Shown in pieces: positions 51,062 through 59,827 of a stretch of DNA of 64,000 nt. The stretch lies in IMG/VR virus record IMGVR_UViG_3300025655_000017. One strand, given 5' to 3'. Positions within the stretch are counted from its first letter, which is position 1, and every line of letters starts with the position of its first letter. This DNA is from a virus. The notes beneath the pieces were generated by a model. That model searched no databases, was not told where the DNA came from, and was given only the letters and a program-made list of their open reading frames with translations. The position numbers and the translations under genes are program-made.

Positions 51062-52888
51062 TTATGTCATAAGGTCAATAATTGTATTTTTTTGCAACGT
51101 TTCATAGCGCAAATCAATATCGACCTTTTCTTCATTGATCAATTCACTTTCATCATAAATGATGTTGGCTCCTGCATCAATCAAAACTTGTTTCATAGAA
51201 ATTGGTTTTGACCACTGAGCAAACAGTGCATTTCGTGCTTGCTCAGATTTTCCACCCGGCATACTTACTGGGATATTACCAAAGTTTGCATCAAGAATAA
51301 TAAAAGAAATTCCATCGTTTTCAGGCAAAAACAAACCTACGATTGTACCTTTTCCTTTTGTTTCAGTTCGCACTTCAAACAAAAGATCATTAGGATCAAA
51401 CATGTGATTCTTTTTAACTGAAGAAGCTCGGCCTACTACAATCTTATAGCTGCTTTTTTTATCACCTGTGAAAACATTCAACATGGCTAATGTTGGTTCA
51501 CTTAAACCTTTACCTACGTGCAGTAGTTCAGTTGCTCCATTTGGAGCATCGGTAATATCACCACTGTAAGTCAAACTGCCACTATTATAAGTGGAATTCC
51601 AACCAACTTTCTTACCAAGACCAATTGCACTTAAGTCTAAATCTGTTCTACCATTTTCGGAGTTTTCCCAATAAACACCAGCAGCCATGTTACCATCTAC
51701 TGTAATTTTTGTTCCAGTCGGAACATTTCCAATAAACATTTTTTCTGTACTAGGTAAAGCATAATCAATATTTGTTGGATAAAGAATATTCTTACCTTTT
51801 ACATTCAATGATTCAATAAATGAATAGTAAACCTGCATAAAAGAACGTTCGTAGTGTTCTTTTGTATTATTGCCCTTAGTCACGTAACTTTTTCCATTAC
51901 GGATGCGGTAAAACATATCTTGTGGGTTATTCATGCGTGTATTTAAAGCGTACAAAAGACGGATTTTCCGAAAATTATTAGCTTTTTCCAAAGCTTTAGT
52001 CAGCTCTTCACCATGAAACTCATTAAGTGCAGTAACACTATTCAAAAAGTCAATAGACATAGGAACATGGTGTTCTTTAGACAATTTAGACAACTTATTG
52101 ATAATGCTAACATTATTTTTATTAGCTTTTTTAAATGCTAGGAATAATGGTTTATACCGATTGAAAATCCCAGCTAACTTAATAAGATTATACTGCTTAA
52201 TGTATTGTTCTACATCAATTTTCGAAGTAAGAATAGCTGCAATAATTGCAGGGTTCTTAATAAGAGTTGTGCTATCAGTTGCCTTGTAAACCAAATATCG
52301 AACGAATTCCATCGGATTCGATGGAAATACATTTTGGTCATCCATTACTCGAATAGCAGCTTCTTTATTTTTGATATTATCTACACTTGCAAACTTATAA
52401 TCCAAAGCATTCAAGATGTCAAAAACATCCTTAATTGTTTGTTCTTTCAGTGCAATTCCTGATTCAAATAAAGACACACATAGTTGCACTAGTTCGTCTT
52501 TTGAAACTCCACAGATCACACGAATAGGAACCTTGCTTAGTTCAGGTACTTCTAAAATTTCATTAGGAAGGTAAATATAGCCATTTTGAATACCCAGAGC
52601 ATCCATGCCATAAGTACTAAAATAATGCAATAACTGATGAACCAACAGTTCTTCTTCTGTGGAATCCATAACAGTTGACCATGACTTGTGGAAAGTGGCA
52701 TTAAGCTGATTTCCGTTCAACATTTCTTGATGGTAATATTCCATAATTTCTTTAGCACAATGAAGTGCAGAAGGATCAATAATATAACCAAAAGGTAAAG
52801 TCTGTGAAACAATAGTTTCACTCAAACTAGAAGATGTAGTTTTATCATTAAGTACTACATTAAAAAGATTCAAAGTTGTGTAAGTCAT
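51062..52888 (-). CDS. helical N-terminal region plus C-terminal TerD-like domain; putative divergent ROT/TROVE(Ro60)-TerD RNA-binding protein
   Basis: Q.LHYFSTYG, PSTEK.F.GN.P.G, W....DLDLSA..VGWN..YSGDITDAP.GATE. Confidence 0.65.
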   Translation of the reverse strand: MTYTTLNLFNVVLNDKTTSSSLSETIVSQTLPFGYIIDPSALHCAKEIMEYYHQEMLNGNQLNATFHKSWSTVMDSTEEELLVHQLLHYFSTYGMDALGIQNGYIYLPNEILEVPELSKVPIRVICGVSKDELVQLCVSLFESGIALKEQTIKDVFDILNALDYKFASVDNIKNKEAAIRVMDDQNVFPSNPMEFVRYLVYKATDSTTLIKNPAIIAAILTSKIDVEQYIKQYNLIKLAGIFNRYKPLFLAFKKANKNNVSIINKLSKLSKEHHVPMSIDFLNSVTALNEFHGEELTKALEKANNFRKIRLLYALNTRMNNPQDMFYRIRNGKSYVTKGNNTKEHYERSFMQVYYSFIESLNVKGKNILYPTNIDYALPSTEKMFIGNVPTGTKITVDGNMAAGVYWENSENGRTDLDLSAIGLGKKVGWNSTYNSGSLTYSGDITDAPNGATELLHVGKGLSEPTLAMLNVFTGDKKSSYKIVVGRASSVKKNHMFDPNDLLFEVRTETKGKGTIVGLFLPENDGISFIILDANFGNIPVSMPGGKSEQARNALFAQWSKPISMKQVLIDAGANIIYDESELINEEKVDIDLRYETLQKNTIIDLMT

Positions 52889-52914
52889 GATAGTTATTTT
52901 ATTGTGTTTAAAAT

Positions 52915-52970
52915 AAGAACGAATAGTATTTTTTTAGAAATAAATTTTTTAGGAACTATTTTTGTCCTTT
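52915..52970 (-). ncRNA. repeated RNA motif copy A
   Basis: AAGGAC-AAA-AATAGT-TCCT..AT-ACTATT-C-GTTCTT. Confidence 0.7.
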
Positions 52971-52981
52971 GTGTATTTTAA

Positions 52982-53032
52982 AAAAGCGAACAGTATGTAT
53001 CCAAGTTTTATATAGGAACTGTTTATGCCTTT
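52982..53032 (-). ncRNA. repeated RNA motif copy B
   Basis: AAAGGC-ATA-AACAGT-TCCT..AT-ACTGTT-C-GCTTTT. Confidence 0.7.
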
Positions 53033-53035
53033 GTG

Positions 53036-53149
53036 TGATGGGGGATGGATTCGAACCACCGACCTAGAGATTATATTTTAAAGGAAGTTTTTTTGATAAA
53101 TTCGAAAACTATTTGAGTTCTCCTGCTCTACCAACTGAGCTACCCCATC
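53036..53149 (-). ncRNA. tRNA-like RNA with a 48-nt anticodon-loop insertion carrying the permuted repeat motif
   Basis: GATGGGG/CCCCATC, GCTC-AGTTGGTA-GAGC, GGAGA/TCTCT, GGTGG-TTCGAAT-CCATC. Confidence 0.8.
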
Positions 53150-53154
53150 ATTTT

Positions 53155-53945
53155 TTAAAAAACTCCTGATTGATCAGAGTTGAGTGATAACATTTTTATC
53201 CGTTTCCAGATATTACAAACATCAAGTTAATTGATAGTTATCATAATCAATGAAATTACGGTTTTCATCAACCTACTACTAAATGAGTTATAAAGTACTT
53301 TTCTCGTTCACCATCCTTGCAAGGATTCACAATCTGCCGACTGTTAGGTTAGAACGAAAATTTTCCCTCAGCTTCAAACTTGCGAGTCATCGACTGCCAC
53401 TATATTTCAAATGGATAAGATTATTTTCCTCATTTTAGTGCTACTCACTTTCGCTTTTTATTTTCTGTTAAATAGAAAGTTTTTTTGATAAATTCACTGT
53501 GAAGGAAGCGGAGTAGCTTTCCACCTTGCTTGCTTTTGACAAGTTTAGGTCAAACTCCCTTCTGCTTTCGGCTGGCAACCTAATAACTTCTATGTTTTGT
53601 ATTCACGGTATTTCTACCAACAAACTTTAAACATAAATTGTATATGCAATTTTTTTCGCCAAAAAAATCTCACATATACTCATTGTTTTCCTTATTGCAT
53701 TTCTGCTCAACAAACCGTCGAAATTATCATAAACGATTCGTTATTAAATCTTCATTGTCCTTATCTTTCAATACGAACAAATACCCAATTTAATAATTCT
53801 CACAATGGCTTTCATATCAACTGTGCATAACACAGCGCAAAATTTAACTCTTGCTTTCATCAAGTTGCCCTGACTTATTGTTTATTGCTCATAGAGCAAA
53901 TGGAAAAGAAGCCCCCCCATTAATTCTTAATTAGTTCTTTAACTA
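53155..53945 (-). ncRNA. large (~790 nt) structured ncRNA, GOLLD/ROOL-class candidate
   Basis: No credible ORF, several GNRA-capped hairpins on the minus strand, tandem promoters upstream, adjacent to a tRNA-like gene. Confidence 0.6.
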
Positions 53946-53955
53946 ATTGATGTCA

Positions 53956-54112
53956 CAAAGATAAAAAACTTTTTTTAATAATGCAAGCTTTTTATCAGAA
54001 AAATAAAAAATATTTTTTCACCTTTTATTTTTCTTTTTAGTTGACAGTACAAATATAATAACTTTTTTTTAATAACGCAAGCTTTTCACTAGAAAAATAA
54101 AAAATATTTTTC
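53956..54112 (-). promoter_or_regulatory. tandem duplicated Bacteroidota-type promoters upstream of the large ncRNA
   Basis: TTGCA..TATCTTTG and TTGCG..TATATTTG within a ~60 bp imperfect direct repeat. Confidence 0.7.
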
Positions 54113-54316
54113 CGTTAAATATTCTTGTATCAACAAATCTAATCCTTCAAATACCCCTACTAGATTTTCAATCTGTTTTTCCTCATCAACGTTGGGCATT
54201 AAGTTGCATTGCAACATAATTTCACAATATCGACGCTGGTTATTGGTCAAACTAAAGTTGCCAACAGTATTTAAAAACTTGCAAAATCAATATACAAATC
54301 ACTCATGTTTTTTTGT

Positions 54317-54505
54317 TTAAAGGTAACCTTCATTTTCTTCATAATCATCGTCATCGTTTCGTGGATTTCTTCTCCAACTCTGATTTCTACGAAATGTTTC
54401 CTCAATGTCTGTTTCTTCATCATTTGTAAAATCATTGTCATAAAATATATGATGAAGCAACCCTAGAAGAAAAAATATGGCCAACATAATATAAATATAA
54501 TTCAT
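54317..54505 (-). CDS. small membrane-anchored acidic protein
   Basis: N-terminal hydrophobic helix. Confidence 0.55.
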   Translation of the reverse strand: MNYIYIMLAIFFLLGLLHHIFYDNDFTNDEETDIEETFRRNQSWRRNPRNDDDDYEENEGYL

Positions 54506-55056
54506 AAATTATATGGTTTTAACATGTTATCAATTTCTGCAAATTCATCTAATAGTAAAAGTTCATATGGTGTTAGTGAAGCCGCATATTTTTCTTGTTT
54601 GCTTAGTTTCATCCCACCTTTTTCACCCAATAATCCTTTTTGATATGATTTGTGAACCATGTGATTAGCTACAACATTTTTAACCACACTTACATTTGCC
54701 CCATTTTCTACAATCCATTTTTGAATTTCAGGATTATCTTCTATGAAACGCATTGCTTGATATGGATGATCAGGGTTACTATGGTATGTGCAACTTTGGC
54801 CATTGGCCATAACAATGTTTTTTGTTCCTCCACTTGACTTAACTGGTTGTAATCCCTTACAAATATCATGAAGAGCGGCTACCATAATTAAGTCGTTATT
54901 AGCATTCGCCAAAGCCCTACCTACTGTAATTTCAATATGTCCACCTAAAATACCCTCTGGGTGATAGTCTAAACGCTCAGGTGAGCCATAAAATGTGGTA
55001 AGCATAACCTGATAAACTTCAGGAGCCTTTGCTAAAAAAATCGTTATATCTTCCAT
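54502..55056 (-). CDS. HD-domain phosphohydrolase (resembles the HD domain of CCA-adding enzymes)
   Basis: YHPEG...H, ALHDICK, H, NHM, D. Confidence 0.75.
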   Translation of the reverse strand: MEDITIFLAKAPEVYQVMLTTFYGSPERLDYHPEGILGGHIEITVGRALANANNDLIMVAALHDICKGLQPVKSSGGTKNIVMANGQSCTYHSNPDHPYQAMRFIEDNPEIQKWIVENGANVSVVKNVVANHMVHKSYQKGLLGEKGGMKLSKQEKYAASLTPYELLLLDEFAEIDNMLKPYNL

Positions 55057-55552
55057 CTTTTTCTAAGATTTTAATGTTTTTTGAAAAATCAGGGTTAGCT
55101 TCAATAAAATCGTGCAAAGAAACTAACAATGTTATAAATTCCCGGTATTGTTTCAAGATTATTGTCTCACCAACAATTCTATCTCTTTTTGCGTCTCTGT
55201 CAATACAAAGATAAGGATCAAACGATGCACCAGTGATGATAACATCTACCATATTTCTACCTCTCAATGCTTTTTCCAAAAAGTGCCATGATAAATTAGT
55301 ATTATCATCAATTAAAAAATCATTTGATAATTCAATTGCTTTCAAAAGGTGAGAAATTAAATCCTCCCGATCTGCACGAAATTCTTTGTGTTCTTCGCTA
55401 TACCATTTTTCATTATGATTAGGCACAAATGCTTCTCGCAACGCATCTCGGTTACAACGTATATATTTTGGATCGTTAATGACCAATTGCTCAGTAAGAG
55501 TAGACTTACCTGACGCACTGATACCAACAATATAAGTAATATTTTTCATCAT
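55019..55552 (-). CDS. polynucleotide kinase (PseT-like P-loop)
   Basis: VGISASGKST, NRDALR, DNTNL, CI.RD.KR. Confidence 0.85.
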   Translation of the reverse strand: MMKNITYIVGISASGKSTLTEQLVINDPKYIRCNRDALREAFVPNHNEKWYSEEHKEFRADREDLISHLLKAIELSNDFLIDDNTNLSWHFLEKALRGRNMVDVIITGASFDPYLCIDRDAKRDRIVGETIILKQYREFITLLVSLHDFIEANPDFSKNIKILEKDGRYNDFFSKGS

Positions 55553-55600
55553 TTTTTTTTTAGATGACAAAGATAGTAATTTTTTTCATACAATCCTAAT

Positions 55601-56495
<895 letters not shown>

Positions 56496-56541
56496 TGTAA
56501 GATGTTTGGTTATCTAATGATGTAAAGATACAATAAAAAAA

Positions 56542-56787
56542 TTACTTTAACAAATTTAAATGATAAATAATCTCTCTATCATTAACTTCCAAGGCACCTA
56601 ACTTAAAAGCCATTGTTTTATTTGTTTTGCAAATATCATAATGTGGCTTACCGTTTTTATTTTGAAAATGTTTTCGATCAATTCCTAATTGATCTGCCAT
56701 TTCATGTAGTTCATCTATGGTACTTGCAATCATATGCGACATTTTCATGCGCCCTAACTTGTACTCTCTTGTTCCTACATATACCAT
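56542..56787 (-). CDS. DUF4031 family protein
   Basis: MVYV, MSHM.A....ELH.MA..LG....FQ....HYDI. Confidence 0.8.
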   Translation of the reverse strand: MVYVGTREYKLGRMKMSHMIASTIDELHEMADQLGIDRKHFQNKNGKPHYDICKTNKTMAFKLGALEVNDREIIYHLNLLK

Positions 56788-56872
56788 TGTTACAAAATAG
56801 TTTTGTTTAGTTGTTCCCAATTAACTAGAAATTCACTTTCACTATAGGGGAGTAATTCTTCCATTTTATTAT

Positions 56873-57202
56873 TTAAAATATGTTATTAAAATTAGTTAAT
56901 AAGCCCATAATGTTCTCACTACCAACTGGATTAGCCGAATGAACAAAAAATCTTGGAGAAGGGATATTATTATCCAAGCATTGTTCTACCAACCACTTTG
57001 CACAATCATATCCAGTTTCCCCCTGACCTAAATCATGATCAAAAGAAATAAGATCGGGTGGGGGATTATTTTGCATCCAAGATACAAATTCATAATAATT
57101 TTTCGCCCATACAATCTTGTATCCTTGTGGTACTTTTCCCTCACTATTAATATGCGGATTTCTCATATCGTCAAGCCACAGGAGAATTTTAAACGTATTC
57201 AT
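56873..57202 (-). CDS. cyclic-phosphate-processing receiver-like (cREC) domain protein
   Basis: LWLDD.R.P, ISFDHDLG..TGYD.AKWL, HSANPVG. Confidence 0.8.
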   Translation of the reverse strand: MNTFKILLWLDDMRNPHINSEGKVPQGYKIVWAKNYYEFVSWMQNNPPPDLISFDHDLGQGETGYDCAKWLVEQCLDNNIPSPRFFVHSANPVGSENIMGLLTNFNNIF

Positions 57203-57319
57203 CTTGATATAGATTTAAATATTTATTAATGATTTTAACAAAGATATGAAATTTCACTAAAATATAAATTTATTTCAGTGAAATTTTTTAATGGATATGA
57301 TTAACCGCTAGTTTTGTTG

Positions 57320-57390
57320 TTACCCATAAGGGACTTGAACCCCTATTATCTCTTTAGCGGGGGTCTATTGACCAATTATAGTAATGGGCG
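57320..57390 (-). ncRNA. tRNA-like RNA with degenerate anticodon arm
   Basis: CGCCCAT/ATGGGTA, CTAT/ATAG D stem, AGGGG-TTCAAGT-CCCTT; anticodon arm CCCCC-GCTAA-AGAGA poorly paired. Confidence 0.6.
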
Positions 57391-57449
57391 AAGCATCAAC
57401 AAAAAAAAATACCTATCTGCAAATAAGTAAATCTTCATATTAACAGTAT

Positions 57450-57798
57450 CAAAAAACATAGTAAATCGTTACAATGTTTCTAATTCAAGCTATTTTTAAT
57501 GGCTTTTTAAAACCAATAACTTTGGGTTCACTGCTAAACCCTCTATCCCGTCAGCGTAAGCTTTCGGGATTTCTTTTTGCAATATATTATACGCTCCATT
57601 CAAGTCAGCATTTATAATTACCCCCTTACCACTCCTGAAAAGACCACGTTTAATCCTCCTACCAATATAAAATTCACGCTTTTTTGGGTACTCACCATCT
57701 AAAAATGAACATTTACTTGTATAGCTTTCCTCCCTAATAATTAAATTTATTCCCTCTAGCTTTAATTTATACGATAAAATATCTATAGCCCTACTGTT
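57450..57798 (-). pseudogene. tnpB: 3' remnant of tnpB with right-end/omega-RNA region
   Basis: YKLKLEGI..REESYTSKCSFLD..RGLF..NADLNGAYNI..DGIEG; stop at 57496-57498. Confidence 0.85.
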
Positions 57799-57828
57799 AT
57801 TACACTTTCTGTTGCATCTAATATTTTT

Positions 57829-58119
57829 TTAAAAAATGTAGAAATTTAATTCAACTCTACCACTTTTCATTTTGTATAATTGTACTTGTAATTGTTCTTT
57901 TAAAGGTTTATTATTTTTTGTTATTTGAAATGAAATTCTTTGAGTTTCTTCTATTGGGACAATAAAATTTAATGCTTCATTAAATTCTCTTTCATTGATT
58001 TCATACCCCTTAGCTGTTATTTGTTCAAAAACATAATTTAGTGCCTCTTTTTCAGAGTTAAAATATATTTCTGCATGTTCTTTTTCATATAAAAAATTCT
58101 CTGATAATAATATTGTCAT
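57829..58119 (-). CDS. hypothetical protein with N-terminal tag (MTILLSE)
   Basis: TATTTAT upstream; VQLYKM.SGR.ELNFY. Confidence 0.65.
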   Translation of the reverse strand: MTILLSENFLYEKEHAEIYFNSEKEALNYVFEQITAKGYEINEREFNEALNFIVPIEETQRISFQITKNNKPLKEQLQVQLYKMKSGRVELNFYIF

Positions 58120-58202
58120 AATTTTTTATATAAATATAACAAAGTATTTCTTTTTGTTTATCAAAGGATTGTTATTTTTGTTCATAGATTTTAGGTATTT
58201 AA

Positions 58203-58273
58203 AAAACTATATAGGATTTGAACCTATATTACTTTTCTCAGCGAAAAGCGTCCTCCCGTTAAACGAATAGCTT
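58203..58273 (-). ncRNA. tRNA-like RNA (Glu/Gln-type body) with non-canonical anticodon loop
   Basis: AAGCTAT/ATAGTTT, CTTTTC-GCTGA-GAAAAG, ATAGG-TTCAAAT-CCTAT. Confidence 0.65.
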
Positions 58274-58291
58274 TTTAACATTTTTGATTTG

Positions 58292-58363
58292 AAAACTATG
58301 TGGGATTCAAACCCGCGTTTCCTCTTCGAATGAGAAGCGTCCTGTCCACTAGACGAATAGCTC
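58292..58363 (-). ncRNA. tRNA-like RNA, paralog of 58203, non-canonical anticodon loop
   Basis: GAGCTAT/ATAGTTT, TTCGTCTAGTGGACAGGAC D region, loop CATTCGA without U33. Confidence 0.6.
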
Positions 58364-58442
58364 TCCATTAACTTATTTGCCTTAGTTGCAACAGAACAGA
58401 ATAATTAATACTTTTTTAAATTGCAATTTTAAAAAAATTTCG

Positions 58443-58568
58443 TAAGAAATAAAGGACTTGAACCTTTGACCTTTTCTAGTAGCACAACAAAACATACTTG
58501 TTAATTTAATAACTGCACATGGCGTATGTTGTGCGTTCGAAACGCTCTACTAACTGAGCTAATCTCTT
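58443..58568 (-). ncRNA. tRNA-like RNA with ~60-nt hairpin extension of the anticodon arm
   Basis: AAGAGAT/ATTTCTT, GCTC/GAGC, AAAGG-TTCAAGT-CCTTT; insert closed by GCACAACA/TGTTGTGC. Confidence 0.7.
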
Positions 58569-58579
58569 ATAAAAAATTG

Positions 58580-58659
58580 TACTGATGGAGGGATTTGAAC
58601 CCCCGTTTTCAACGACCGCTACAGTTCTGGAAGGTATAAGCTTCCGCTGGTACATCAGC
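58580..58659 (-). tRNA. atypical tRNA-Ile(TAT)-like RNA lacking a D arm
   Basis: GCTGATG/CATCAGT-A, GGAAG-CTTATAC-CTTCC, GGGGG-TTCAAAT-CCCTC. Confidence 0.6.
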
Positions 58660-58667
58660 ATAAACAC

Positions 58668-58749
58668 CACCCTAACGTCTCTGGTGAATATGTAAGAAGA
58701 TTACGACTAATTAATTGGCTAAGACTTATAATTAATTAGTACTTCTTAT
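58668..58749 (-). ncRNA. duplicated structured motif, copy 1
   Basis: GAAG-T-AC[hairpin]GT-CGYAAT-CTTC...ACCAGARACGTTAGGGTG. Confidence 0.55.
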
Positions 58750-58834
58750 TTTGTTATTGAAAAACTATATTTTTCTTTGTGCTTTCGCCTACTAGATGAT
58801 AACCGCACCACCTATGTATTTTAAAAAAAAGTGT

Positions 58835-58892
58835 ATTTTACAACGCTCGTTACGTTAACTCTTTGGCTACTTTTTTCTTCGATGTAAAGATA
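58835..58892 (-). repeat. promoter-leader repeat, partial copy 3
   Basis: CCAAAGAGTTAACGT..GCGTTGTAAAAT after TATCTTTA. Confidence 0.7.
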
Positions 58893-58943
58893 CAAATAAC
58901 TTATGACTTTTCAAAATTTATTTTCATCTTTTGTAAAAAAAAT

Positions 58944-59001
58944 CACCCTAACGTTTCTGGTAATTATGCCGGAAGATTGCGACCTATAAAGGTACTTCTG
59001 G
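58944..59001 (-). ncRNA. duplicated structured motif, copy 2
   Basis: Same conserved core with different but paired stems. Confidence 0.55.
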
Positions 59002-59103
59002 TTTTTTTGAGTGAGAGGCTTTACCTCTCTTTAATTTCGATGTCAAACTCACCGATCATATTTTTTGTAAAGATAAAAAAGTTATTTCATAAAACCTAAT
59101 ATT

Positions 59104-59367
59104 TTAGAAAACTTTTTTTAGTTCTTCATTAATATTATTCATTAGTTCATCTAACTCGGTTCTATGATTCTCTCGATAGTAATCAATGCTATTTGTCTTT
59201 GATCTGTATTTTCCACCAAACCCAAAGAACCCTTGAAACCTCCATTCTTCACACATTAGATCACTATAAACATGTTCATGAACAAATAAGTTTCGTAAAT
59301 TGTTACTTGCACCTCCCATAGTAACAAGTATATCGTAAACTTGTTCAGCATTTTCTCTAGTAAACAT
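59104..59367 (-). CDS. conserved phage hypothetical protein
   Basis: EWRFQG.FGFGGK motif. Confidence 0.7.
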   Translation of the reverse strand: MFTRENAEQVYDILVTMGGASNNLRNLFVHEHVYSDLMCEEWRFQGFFGFGGKYRSKTNSIDYYRENHRTELDELMNNINEELKKVF

Positions 59368-59521
59368 AAAAAATATTTATTTTGAATAATGTTTGTTAAA
59401 AACTTCTTTTGTTAATCCATAATCAACAAAGATAACAGAATCACTACCCTCTCGTTTGACGATTCCCCACTTAATTATTTCACCTCATGTAAAACAATCT
59501 TATCTGGATCAGTTGATTTAG

Positions 59522-59593
59522 TGAGAGTAGAAAGATTCGAACTTTCATCGTGGGTTTAGAAAACCCATGCACTATCCCTTGTGCTATACTCCC
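59522..59593 (-). tRNA. tRNA-Arg(TCT)
   Basis: GGGAGTA/TACTCTC, TGGGT-TTTCTAA-ACCCA, GAAAG-TTCGAAT-CTTTC. Confidence 0.9.
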
Positions 59594-59740
59594 ATATTGG
59601 TTATAACGTTACCAACGCAGCAAATCTACAAGTAGATTTTTACTGGAATGCTGCATCTATCACTTTTAATCTGGCTTTCATCCATATCCAGAAGTGGCTT
59701 TCATTCTACGTCCCTGAAAGCATTAGGACAAACTTTATTG

Positions 59741-59814
59741 CGGGAACAGAAGGACTCGAACCTTCGACCTGATGATTAACAGTCATCTGCTCTAACCAAC
59801 TGAGCTATGTTCCC
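59741..59814 (-). tRNA. tRNA-Asn(GTT)
   Basis: GGGAACA/TGTTCCC-G, GATGA-CTGTTAA-TCATC. Confidence 0.93.
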
Positions 59815-59827
59815 ATCTTTAAAAATA

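Noticed and set aside
53071-53118. Group I or archaeal-type tRNA intron
   Set aside because: Too short for group I, no bulge-helix-bulge, and the insert is explained by the permuted repeat motif.
57320-57390. Amber suppressor tRNA (CTA in loop CGCTAAA)
   Set aside because: The anticodon stem is mostly unpaired and U33 is missing, so decoding is unlikely.
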